From the NCBI GenBank assembly GCA_951406725.2, contig OX597824.1, forward strand, positions 72,478,001-72,542,000: a DNA stretch of 64,000 nucleotides, written 5' to 3'. This stretch comes from Octopus vulgaris. Taxonomy: Eukaryota. The notes under the pieces are model-generated. The model ran no database searches and was not told the origin of the DNA. It worked only from the letters and a program-made list of their open reading frames with translations. Positions 52,826-64,000 of the stretch are shown piece after piece. Every line of letters starts with the position of its first letter. The first letter of the stretch is position 1. The position numbers and the translations under genes were made by a program.

Positions 52826-53034
52826 CTGCGAGGTTAGTGACATATGAACTGGCTTCATATAGTGATAACCATTTAGACAGGCCAGACTTTCGTTTTTGGC
52901 TGGAATTCTTCCATCAGAACTTATGATTTCAATAGAACAGTTCCTATATATTAGACGAACGTTACTGATCGATATGTTGTATTGATCGAGCTGGAAATCT
53001 GTCAGATTCTGACATCGATGCTCTGGAGAAAGCG
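52826..53034 (-). CDS. SLC22-family transporter, exon 2 (large extracellular loop; GC donor)
   Basis: ttttgcag acceptor; ALSPEHRCQNLTD...RNCS...NESLACLNGYHY...SLTSQ; in frame only with CAG|gcaggt. Confidence 0.88.
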
Positions 53035-53370
53035 CTGCAAAATATGTAATAAGAGGTAAATGTGTAGAACATATGGAAACAGGATTGTGAGGAACATTTA
53101 CTGCATGGCATACTCGTATATATATAAAGAGAGGGAGAGAGAGAGAGAGAGAGAGAGTAAAAGAGATATATATAGAGAGTTAACATATAAGGTGTAGGAT
53201 AATTGTACATACTAGGCTTGATGGCATACAATGATTGAAGGAAATGTAGTAAGAAAAACAGAATAAAAAAGTGGGGGAAGAGAAGGAAGAAGAAAGAGGA
53301 AGCAATAAATGACAGAGTAATTATGAGAAGAGTTAAACAAATGAGTAATTTATTTAATTTTATTATAAAA

Positions 53371-53487
53371 CTAGCTGAAGGTGACCCGCTCTACGCGCGG
53401 GTAAATTTTGGAGTCAATCCGACGGATTGTAGTGGCTTTGAAAGCGATCCAAGCGGTCGAAACGCATTTCAGTTTTATATATAGAGA
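53371..53487 (-). mobile_element. Miniature Helitron-like element (about 117 bp)
   Basis: TCTCTATATATAAAACTG start; acccgcgcgtagagcgggt hairpin, then CTAG. Confidence 0.6.
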
Positions 53488-53698
53488 TAATAAATATTCT
53501 TCTTTAAAACATTAGCATTCACCTAATCATTTTGTAGAAGCATCGAATGTAAAAAAAGTTAAAGTATGATTATTGTACATATGTCACATTTCCTGATATT
53601 ACTCACAGTAGCAAAAGTATATTTGTTCGTTTCCAAAGATACCCGTTGTACGACGGGTAACGTTCTTGTGTGTATGTGTGTGTGTGTGTGTGTATAGA

Positions 53699-53749
<51 letters not shown>

Positions 53750-54037
53750 TGATAAAAACGGTAAGACAACAAAACAAAGAAAAAGACCTCGATATTATGT
53801 AAACAGAGGAATTTATCTGTAAATGTAATATGTGACAATTATTCAGTAGCCATGATAAAACTCCAAGTTTCGGATGCCGAGGTGCAAATCCACGCCGCCA
53901 TCTCTTCAGTTATATGGCCATCGGGAAAAAAATGGCCAGATAACTGAAGAGATGTCGGAGTTTTATCATGGCTACCGAATAATTGTCACGTGTTACATTT
54001 CGATATATATATATATATATATGTTTGTATTTGGGGA

Positions 54038-54056
54038 GACAGACAGACAGACAGAC

Positions 54057-54149
<93 letters not shown>
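54038..54149. repeat. (GACA)n(GATA)n microsatellite
   Basis: Directly visible; abuts the SLC22 exon 1 donor. Confidence 0.95.
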
Positions 54150-54154
54150 CCAAC

Positions 54155-54293
54155 CAGTAAATATGAAAAGATAGCTGTTAAAGACCGGGACCATCAGCGA
54201 ACTGCTGAGTAATAAGTACTGGGTAATATGGAAAAATCGAGAAACTCCTAAGCAGTCCATGATTTCATCGACATTGACTTGGGAAGACTTCAT
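54155..54293 (-). CDS. SLC22-family transporter, coding exon 1
   Basis: MKSSQVNVDEIMDCLGVSRFFHITQYLLL...FIFT + G|gttggt; typical SLC22 N-terminus and TM1. Confidence 0.88.
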
Positions 54294-54446
54294 ATTGTAT
54301 GTATGCGTAGTCTACTTCGTCCTGTAGATGTCTTCACAATCCCTTTCAGTTAGACGGTATTTAAAATATTTGGTTGTAATTGAGAACTATTCTTATTATG
54401 TTTAGTAATATTTAGTAGTGTTATATAAATATATAGCTTCTGCTGG

Positions 54447-54509
<63 letters not shown>

Positions 54510-54644
54510 TGTACTCTTGATATATTACGAAGAAGTACAATAGTTTCGTTCTCAATGTTTACTCGTGCGTGCATGTGTGTACATGTACTATTATACATAC
54601 AAACGTATGTATATACATAGACACATATTATATATACAGGGAGT

Positions 54645-55727
54645 CCTCGCTTTACATTTTGTCACTTTTGGCTCAGTTGTTAGTGGGTAAAGTCTAGCGC
54701 TGGTTAATATTTTTTTCAGTGACTTCGGTTGCTTTTTGCTTTTTATAATTTTATATGAGCTTAAAATTTTGTTCATTGTTTTGTCTGCTGTGAGGATGGG
54801 AAGGTTTTGGGTGATGATGTTGAAGGCTTCGTTGTTTCTGGGGTTATGTGTGGAGATGTACGGGAGTATTTTTAAGTTTTGTTTAGTTTTTCGGCTAGTT
54901 TTCCTTAATCTTTGTATATCTATTTCCTTAGCTCTTTTGATGCCTTCATTTACTAATGAGATTGGGTAATGTCTTTTAGTTAGTGTAGATCTAAGTTCAA
55001 GGAGTCTATGTTCTCGAGTGTATGTATCGGAAACTATGGTACAGATTCTTTTTGCTAGGTTAAAGGGTATGTTGATTTTTATGTGTTTGGGGTGGCAGGA
55101 GTTAAATAATAGGTATTGTTTAGAATCTGTGGGTTTATAAAAGATGTCTGTTTCTATATGGTTGTTAACTATTATAATTAAGATGTCTAGAAAAGGGAGT
55201 TGCTTACTGTTGTGTTCCATAGTGAATTGTATATTGCTGTGTATGTTGTTGAGCATTCTTTTGAAATCAAGGAGTCGATCTATGCTATCTTGCCAAAGTA
55301 TGAAGCAATCATCTAAATATCTCTTCCAGTTCTCCTTTAAGTAGCAATTAAAAGAGGCGCCATATTTTTCTAGTGATGATTGGTATAACTTAAGTTCGTG
55401 GTAACCCATTACGAGGTCTGCAATCACTGGAGCAGCTCTGGTCCCCATTGCAATTCCGCATTTCTGTCGATAGTAAGTAGTATCGAACAAGAATTGATTG
55501 TTCAACAGGACGAATTTCAGTGCTTCAATTATAAAATTGTGGTTAATTCGTCCTGGGATCTCTTCTAGGTATTTTTCTAGCCAAAATGTGATTGCTTCTA
55601 TACCATAGTCGTGTGGGATATTAGTGTATAGATTCACCACATCGAAAGATACCAGTAGAGTTCCGTCCTTTACTGTCTTCGGGAGGTGGTTCAGCATGTC
55701 TAGGTCATCCCTGATATAGCTTTTCAT
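54645..55727 (-). mobile_element. Penelope-like element RT fragment (uninterrupted, truncated at both ends)
   Basis: LVSFDVVNLYTNIP, GIAMGT, WKRYLDD, LPFLD, FYKPTD; flanked by (TA)n-rich DNA. Confidence 0.9.
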
Positions 55728-56799
55728 ATATATATATATATATGTATTATGTATGTATATGTATGTATGTATTTATATGTATACATATATGTATATATAT
55801 ATATCTAGATATATGTATGTATATATATGTATTCGCTGCGCGAATTGCTTCCATACTTGGGATTCGTGTATGATTTGATCTCGGGTTCATAATAGTGTGT
55901 TCATTTTTTTTTTATCAAAAATAAACAATATTGCTTTATATATATGATCCACTTCTTTACAAAGGTTTCTCAACGTCAACTTCTGGTATTGACGTATCCA
56001 CTTCTTTACAAAGGTTTCTCAACGCCAACTTCTGGTATTGACGTAGCAACGGCGAAATTTTCCGTTTTCATTTGCGAAATCTCTCACTCACTATTTTAAT
56101 GCTTTCAAGTTTTAATTAGCTATTTGCAAACAACTACAATAAATTACTGAAAGAAATATTTGATAAGTTCACAAATCTCGCTTGAACCCGCACACTTCGT
56201 TAATTTCCGTAAAAAGCTTTTATTTATTTACTCTTTGCGCGCCATGTTCAGTTCTATGTATTTGTAGTCAGTCACACACGCACATCTGTGTTTTTGTATG
56301 TACGTTTGTATACATTTATGTATGTGTGTGTTTGTATGTGTATGTATGTGTGTGTGAGAGAGAGAGAGAGTGAAGGGGGGTGTTATCATCTATACGTACA
56401 TACATAAATACATATGTATACATCTTTTTGTATATATATGTGCGTGCGTGCGCGTGTGTGTGAGAGAGAGAGATTGTGATGTCTAAATGGCATTCACTCT
56501 CTCCTTCTCTCTCTCTCTCTCACACACACACATACACACACATACATACAAAAAAGATGTATGCACATTTATTTATGTATGTACGTATATATAACACACC
56601 CCTTCACTCGCTCTCTCTCTCTTTCTCTCTCTCTCTCACACACACACACCTCCATTTCATCTGATGTTTGATACTGTATGTATATGTGTCTGTGTATGCG
56701 TGTGGGCATTCCACAGTCGCCATTTATTTCAATAGGTAGTGATAAATGATCTTGTTTCCTTGCAATAACTTATTCAAATCATTTAATTTTGTGAATATA

Positions 56800-57910
56800 T
56801 CACAAAGAAAAAAATATAACACACCTTGCAGCCATCATTGAAGCGGATAGTGGAGTGGCTTCAAAGAAAGATATGATCATATGAAACAACTCAGCAAAGC
56901 GTAAAACACAATTTCTTTTTGACAGCCACCGTACTTCGGTATGGTGTAAGAGTTTAGTATAGTCCTCATCATTTCTCAGAGTTGACAGAAAATTCGATCA
57001 AACAAAGGACTGGACTTCAATTTGCTCACAGTTTCGATAACTAATTGTAGCGCACATTCAATCTACCGTTCATATTTTTGGAACGAAATGCTGCCGGTGT
57101 GCCAAGAAATGAACAGTTAGTATCTGGTGGGAACTTCACGCTCTGGGAGAGATGAAAAACCTCTTTATCTTCCTATCATTGAAGGGGTTTCATCAGACGC
57201 ACAGGCAAGAATATTACTTGGTGGGATATTATGTTCAAAAAAGAAAGATTCGGGAGAGTAAAAATAGTTGCACCTTTTGAATCAAGCATTTCCTCACAGG
57301 GTTGCAGGTGTTTGCTGAAATAACGAACATATACCATCATCAAACATTGATTATCCACAACAGTTGACTCATCCACTTGTATAGAAAATTCAGAACGCTG
57401 GAAGATATTAATGAGCTGATGTTTGACATCGTTGGCCATTTAATCGATGCGTCGAGAAATCGTGTTATTACCAAGTGCAATCTTCTTCATAATGTTATCA
57501 GTTTTTTCGTGCATAACGGTTGACAAAACCTCTTCGAAAACCGGGCGATGTTTCTCTAATTGTGAGAGACTTACCAGACTTATCAACAATCAATGCAATG
57601 TTGTACGATGCAGTCAACCCAGCATTCTCCTGCTTACTAGTTTCCTGGAGTAGCGTGTTGAATGTTTGTGTTTGCTTTTTGAAAGAGGCGCTCAATTGCA
57701 AAATATATGACAATGGCTTGTCCTTCTTGTCAGAATGCTTTGCATCAAAGTGACACTGCAAGCGTGAAGGTTTCATTCCTTCATTGGTCAGTGTTTGATG
57801 GCAAGGAAGGCACATTGGTAATTGACAGTTCTGGAGAGAGGGAATAAATCCAAACGATAAATAATCATTACTGTACTGTCGACCAATTTTCTTAACTGGA
57901 GGCATCAGTA
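56800..57910 (-). mobile_element. Degenerate hAT (Buster/Charlie-like) transposase
   Basis: RQYSNDYLSFGF, PMCLPC..L.NEGMKPSRL..H, FSIQVDEST, HTEVRWLS. Confidence 0.88.
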
Positions 57911-58289
57911 AAGCGAAAATTTGAAAACGAATTTCTACGGGCGGTGTCAGAAAGGCAGTATGATATTCCCAAAGAGAAGAAGAAGAAATCGACAGAGCAG
58001 AGTCATATGACACGTCTTTGCTGGAGCAAATACGGATCTAGTTCGTTTGTTTGCCAGTATTTCAAAAATTAAAGTTTATTGAAAATTTTAAAATTTAGCA
58101 CATTGATATGCCTTTCCAAGCTAAATTGCTGGAGTTATTCAACTTTTTCCAGAAAAATGTTTTTAAAAAGTTTTAGAGGTTTAAAGTTTGATCATTTTCA
58201 CCCAGTCAAGAAACACGATTTCAAAGCCATCATTTTTGTGCGTGACTGCACATTTTGTAAACATACTGAAAATAGCACTTTGCATTGTC

Positions 58290-59155
58290 TAGAAGAAAGT
58301 TTACCGTATTTTATAGACACATCCTCTACAGCCTTTTACCAGGTTTTCAACTTCCTTGTCCGTGCTTGGTAAGTATACGAAACTTCGCATCATCGCTTTC
58401 ATTCTAGAGATGTCTGGGTGTCCCACATGGAACTCTTTGAGCATTCTCTTCTGTAATGTCTGCGTATGATCACCCTGTGAGCGTACACCATCACATATAG
58501 AGTACAAGCTCACATCTTGACGGTTCTTTGACCAGACCTTTCTTTATTTCCTTTTATCGACCACAGTTTTCTTTTTGTCTCTTAAATAATTTTGTCATTT
58601 CTAGCATTTCTTTTTATTTCTTCCAAAGTTACTGGTAGTTCACGCACGATGTTCCACATTACTTCTTTTGTTTCCGCTTCCGCTCTTAGCGCTGCTATTA
58701 CGGTGTCCGCCAGCGGTTCGTTATTTATCGGAATTAACCTAGACAGACCATCGGCGTGCCCCAACTTTTTTAAAGGCAGATATTCCATTCTGTAATCATA
58801 GCTTAATAGAATGGTGCCCCACCGCTGCAGTCTACTCGTCAGGATTCCTTTCATCTGTCGATCCTTGTGCAAAAATCAAACACTTGAAAGAGTTTGAAGT
58901 AAGCATATCCAGCCTAAATCGCTCACATTCTTTGTTGACTCTGCCTGTGTAAGTAGTGAAGTCTTCATCTTCGCTCTTTTCTATGTTTAAACATTTCCAT
59001 CTTGTATTAAACAGTGAGCTCTTTTCCCTAAACATTTTGTACAAAATGTCGACCGTGTCGGTGAAATTTATGTCGAACGCTTTTTCTGGCAATATGAAGT
59101 TACTACACTTCTCATGTTTTACCTGGATATGGATGTAGGTCGGTACTTCCATGAC
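58290..59155 (-). mobile_element. Ty3/Gypsy gag and pol fragments
   Basis: RLQRWGTILLSYDY, HADGLSRL, integrase Zn finger H.GH...RMK...C..C. Confidence 0.82.
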
Positions 59156-59441
59156 GGTACAGGTTTTACCTGGATTTACCTGGCATTTTAACTAAAATCC
59201 TGTATCTTCATGAAAGTACCAACCAACATTCATATCCTCTGGTAAAAGAGGTGTTGTGAACATTATTCTCCTGCCTTCTAACTACTTTTACTCTTTACTT
59301 TTTTATTTTATTCCTTATAAACTGTGAATTTTATTCCTTGTAAACTGTAAATTTTCCCGTCTAAAATATTCATACCTTGTCTCTGATGACGGAGTGCCCA
59401 GTGCACGGACATGCTAACCAACCACTTGTTTTATCCCGATA

Positions 59442-60288
59442 CTAGCAGAATTGCCCGGCGTTGCTCGGGGCTGAATTGCTTGAAAGTACTGTTAATGATT
59501 GCACTGAATTATGATGATTATTCAGGCAAATATTGATATAAGTTTACGGTGGGAGATAAGGACTTAACGATCAAACGTGTGCCATTGCATTGTTTTGGGT
59601 GAACCAAATATCTGATGAGCATTATAGGGGCACCAACTTTAAGTTTGAGAAAGTGTGGTGGTAGTCCGGGGTGCTCAAAGGAATTGAGTACCTCTATTGG
59701 ATAGTTGATGACGCCCTCTGGGTCAGGAGTTGTATCGATAGACTGATATACATAGACTTCCCCACGAATGAGTTTTAACATTTCATCATTAATATGGTGA
59801 ACAGTTTTATTCCTCGGGGCCAGAATAGCCCTTTGGCCAATCCAATCCATATTCTGATAATTAGCTTGTAGATCTGGGAACACTGCATCTCTGAGATCAG
59901 AAGGCGTCTTAACAAAGGTACAAATGGAATCGATGGCAATATTACCAGTTTCATCCCCTGGTATTTTGCCTTCGCCAAGTGCAAGGAGGGTGTGAGGAAA
60001 TGCTGCTGATGTGATATTACGTTGCATATGAGCACGCATATTGGTGTGAAGTTTGAGAGTTACTTCCCTTTATTGAAAAAAACATGCATTAAAATGGAAA
60101 AAAATGATGGTAAATTATTTGTAAAATCGTAGACTCATCGTAAACGCGCGCTAATACCCAGAAGGGCTCGATATGAATCACGACTATAAGATACCCGGTT
60201 TTGGTTAAACTGCATCGCAAAATGTGGGAGTAGTTAGGAATCTAAATCGGAGTAGACCGACACACAACCTTTCTTTTATATATAAAGA
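59442..60288 (-). mobile_element. Non-autonomous Helitron retaining a PIF1-type helicase fragment (ORF 59518-60039)
   Basis: AILAPRN, PPH.LKLKVGAPIMLIR, CNGTRL; TC start and hairpin-CTAG end. Confidence 0.88.
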
Positions 60289-60975
60289 TTTTCGTCCTAA
60301 AAAACTTTGTATGGATTGAATGGTTACCTCTATGGAAATATATACACGCACATTATACATACATGTGGGTATAGATGAATATGTAAATACATTTAAATAT
60401 CTATATACACTTTTGGGCGATCTTTCTTTTTCTTAGAGATAACTTTAGATCTTATTTTCGTGCTAAAAAACTTTGTATGGAGTGAATGGTTACCTCTATG
60501 GAAATATATACACACACGTTATACATACATGTGTGCATAGATGAATATATAAATACATTTATATATCTATATACACTTTTGGGCGATCTTTCTGCTACGT
60601 AGAGATAACTTTAGATCTTATTTTCGTCCTAAAAAACTTTGTATGGAGTGAATGGTTACCTCTATGGAAATATATACACACACATTATACATACATCTGT
60701 GTATAGATGAATATATAAATACATTTAAATATCTATATACACTTTTGGGCGATCTTTCTGCTACTTGGATATACTTTAGATCTTATTTTCGTCCTAAATA
60801 ACTTTGTATGGAGTGAATGGTTACCTCTATGGAAATATATACACACACATTATACATACATCTGTGTATAGATGAATATATAAATACATTTAAATATCTA
60901 TATACACTTTTGGGCGATCTTTCTGCTACTTGGATATACTTTAGATCTTATATTCGTCCTAAAAAACATTGTATG
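60289..60975. repeat. Tandem repeat, 165-166 bp unit, about 4 copies
   Basis: gt(c/g)ctaaa recurs at 60294, 60460, 60626, 60791 and 60956. Confidence 0.92.
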
Positions 60976-61229
60976 AATTGAAAAAGAAAAGGAATTAAAA
61001 TTTTTAAGAAAGGAATTTGTTTACATACATGTGTGAAATGGCAAATGTTTGTGCAGTTGTCCGAAATGGAACCAGGGTAAATGTGTGGAACTGATGTATA
61101 ATAATGAATAGTCCTTCTTGTTGCGAATATTAATTTGATGAATATGAACTGAAAACCAGTGGTGTAGCATAGGTGATCTTCTTCTAGCAAAAAGGATGAC
61201 CAGTCTGACTGGCTCATCCCTGTCACACA

Positions 61230-61275
<46 letters not shown>

Positions 61276-61304
61276 CACACACACACACACACGCACACAC
61301 GCAC

Positions 61305-61371
<67 letters not shown>

Positions 61372-61766
61372 AGCTTACAATTTTATTTATATATTTGCGT
61401 GTCTATGTGTGTAAAGAGGAAGTGGGAGTAAAGGCTTTGAAGGGAAAGAGTGAAATGGTAGTTTTCTCGAATTTTTTCTGAAATGGGGGTGAAATTGAAA
61501 GAAATTTTGTATGCCATGACCGAATGGAAGTACTTTGAAAAATCAAAGTGTGTGAGGAGTAAATCGTTATGTATCTATTTGTTTCTGTTTGCTGTTTTTT
61601 TTTTTTGAGTAGTGGTTTAAGGTACACTTGCAAAGAGAAAGTATGAGAAATTATGGTGATAGCATGAGTGATCCGTTTTATATAAATACTTTCACTTTAA
61701 TCGTTGCACACTTGCAAAGAGAAAGGAGGAGAAATTAGGGTGATAGCGTGAGTGAAGCAGATCGCT

Positions 61767-61825
<59 letters not shown>

Positions 61826-62099
61826 AGCCCACACTAAGAAAAGCACTTGACTTAGACACCACAATGTGAGTTTTCTCGAAATTTTGCTTAATTGGGGTTG
61901 AAATTTGAAAAACTGTACCTGGCACGACCCGATGCATTCTACTCTTAAAAATGCTAGGTAAATTGTAATTGAAGAAATCCTATATTGTAGATTTCTATAA
62001 GAGACAAAGGGAGGCAGATAAAATCTGCCTTTTATAATAAGAGATTAAGAAATTTATCTATAATAATTATTGTGACATTTACCGTTAAATTAGCAGTTC

Positions 62100-63262
62100 A
62101 TACATGTGCTTCTATCTGTTAATTTATACTGCATACAAAAATAAAAACATACCACATACATACAACTGCTTACATAAATAGGAATTAATGTATAATTTCT
62201 TTATACATATTTTTTCAATGTTGTAAACAAAAAAATATGAACATATCATATTTTTTTGTTTACAACATTGAAAAAATATGACACCAAAGAAAAGACGTAA
62301 TCTCTCCAGAAACAAGTATAAAACAAGGAGGATTATAGAAAACCGAAGGCGAGAGTCTGAAGAGAGAAGTGAGATGAGATTTTCCCAAGATCAGCAAATG
62401 CATGTTGCAGCACTTAATGCTGGATCATTAAATCAATGTTTTAATGATTAGACAGAGGTCCAATAGAATAGCTCTCAGAAACAGACTACGTACACATTCG
62501 TTATTCACAACTCCTGAAGCTCTTTTCAGATATGATCCATCCCATTCTTATAAAAATGATAACTCTGTCCAAATTGGTGTACTAAACACAAATTGTCATT
62601 TCTGTAGAGCTTTAAAATTTCAAATGAAACAAATGGTATGTGCTGCTCTGGCGGTCAGGTAACATTGCCAGCACTACCAGCTCCTCCTCAACATTTTATG
62701 GATCCTCTTGAAGGCACTTCCATCCAGTCAAATGATTTTCTAAACAATATCAGACAATACAACTCTGCATTTCAAATGACATCGTTTACTGCATCTAAGA
62801 AGATAGTTAAACATGAATTTACGCCGACGTCAAAGTTCAAGGGCAAGTCTATCACCTCATTGGTTCCCTGTTACCTACAAATGAACGACCACAGTTCCTC
62901 CAAATTTAATTCATGAGTGATGTAGGACAACAAACCCGAAGGAGGTGTCAAAATTTCAGACGATGGGTCGTGCTAGACACAGCGCCGACAGCTGAAAAAG
63001 AGAGTATATCCACTGACAGCTTTTCGGTGCGTTCAACAATCACATAATCCCCACCTCCAATTTTCCATGACGGGTTAGGGCCTGAAATACTCCAAACGGA
63101 CGCATAGAATGTTGCTTAGTTGAATTAGCCTATCATTTACTCCACAAATGTTTTGTTGTCAATGCTGCACTTTCCCATATCACCTGTTTAAACATAACTG
63201 TAATATATTATATACAAACTATGACATTTTAATCCCGAGCAACGCCGGGTATCTCTGTTAGT
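62100..63262 (+). mobile_element. Degenerate Helitron with an N-terminal Rep-region fragment
   Basis: CHFCRALKF...CCSGGQVTLP...FLNNIRQYNSAFQMTSF; 3' end cccgagcaacgccgggtatctctgttag. Confidence 0.82.
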
Positions 63263-63796
63263 ATATATTAAAAATAAAACGTCGTCTCTAAAATATAGTT
63301 AAGTAAGAAACAACTTTACAATATACTTCAGCTGTTTTAAATGTAGTGCCCAGCTTGACAAGAAGGACCTGTGTCTAAAACCATGAGTAGGAGGCTCAAA
63401 TATTCAAACCAAGAAATTTCAAGAGTCGTTGACGAGTCTCAAGATTTCGTGATGCCTTCCTGGTATAGTTCTCAGTACATTGACTGTTAGCTGTTTGTGA
63501 ACATTCTATCTGCAGATATGGCTATATTCAAGTTACGAACATGTCCAGATGTTTGAATTTGTTTCTTAGTTTGTGGGGATAAACATTTTGTGAGCTTATA
63601 TAGTTAAGTATCCTCTTTATTGTTGTGTCTGGGGAGAGTCATTTTCTTTTTGTGCCTTATAATGTAACACACTCACCGGTAAAATTTCCACTTATTTCTT
63701 ATTTATACTTTCCTAAAATTTTCGTTGCGTCTTGCAACCTTTTCAGTAGTCTTGACTCTCCAAATCCACAAACGAAATATCCTCTTTATATATATA

Positions 63797-64000
63797 CTAG
63801 CAGTATCGCCCGGCGTTGCTCGGGTTTGTAAGGGAAATAACTATATAAGCATTTTTAGAGAGTTATAGCCAAAAAATAGGAAAAAAATGCATTAAAAATG
63901 GAAAATAAATTAAGGTAAATTTCTTTTTAAATCGTTGACACATCGTAGATATTTTTAGAGAGTTACTTCCCTTATATAATAGCGAAAAAAATGCATTAAA
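63797..64000 (-). mobile_element. Helitron 3' end (element continues beyond window)
   Basis: cccgagcaacgccgggcgatactgCTAG on the minus strand. Confidence 0.75.

Noticed and set aside
59518-60039. Cellular PIF1 helicase gene
   Set aside because: Partial domain enclosed by Helitron termini
60289-60975. CRISPR-like periodicity
   Set aside because: Whole 165-bp units repeat with no unique spacers; eukaryotic context and no cas genes

Overview
AT-rich, microsatellite-dense eukaryotic DNA; the SINE and transposon repertoire suggests an octopod cephalopod (inference, no database check). I assembled two intron-containing genes by hand, both on the minus strand. (1) A complete 10-exon SLC22-family MFS transporter (54293->32365, 1758 nt, 585 aa) whose intron 2 requires a GC-AG donor. 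(2) The 5' part of a signal-peptide-bearing alpha-carbonic anhydrase (15076->1082, continuing off the left edge) with an 18-nt microexon. The rest is mostly mobile DNA: R4/Dong-like RLE LINEs at (TAA)n tracts, a Tx1/L1-like LINE, RTE-like, Penelope-like, Gypsy, hAT, Tc1/mariner, Helitron and several tRNA-derived SINE families. The most notable non-obvious signals are: Penelope-type minimal hammerhead ribozyme motifs in sense orientation within introns of both genes, some as inverted pairs; a tRNA-headed unit found twice directly 5' of Tx1-like LINE sequence; a set of (TAA)n-associated elements including an empty/filled site pair; and a microhomology-flanked templated insertion. No prokaryotic-type system (CRISPR etc.) is present. 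Most short ORFs in the track are microsatellite artefacts.
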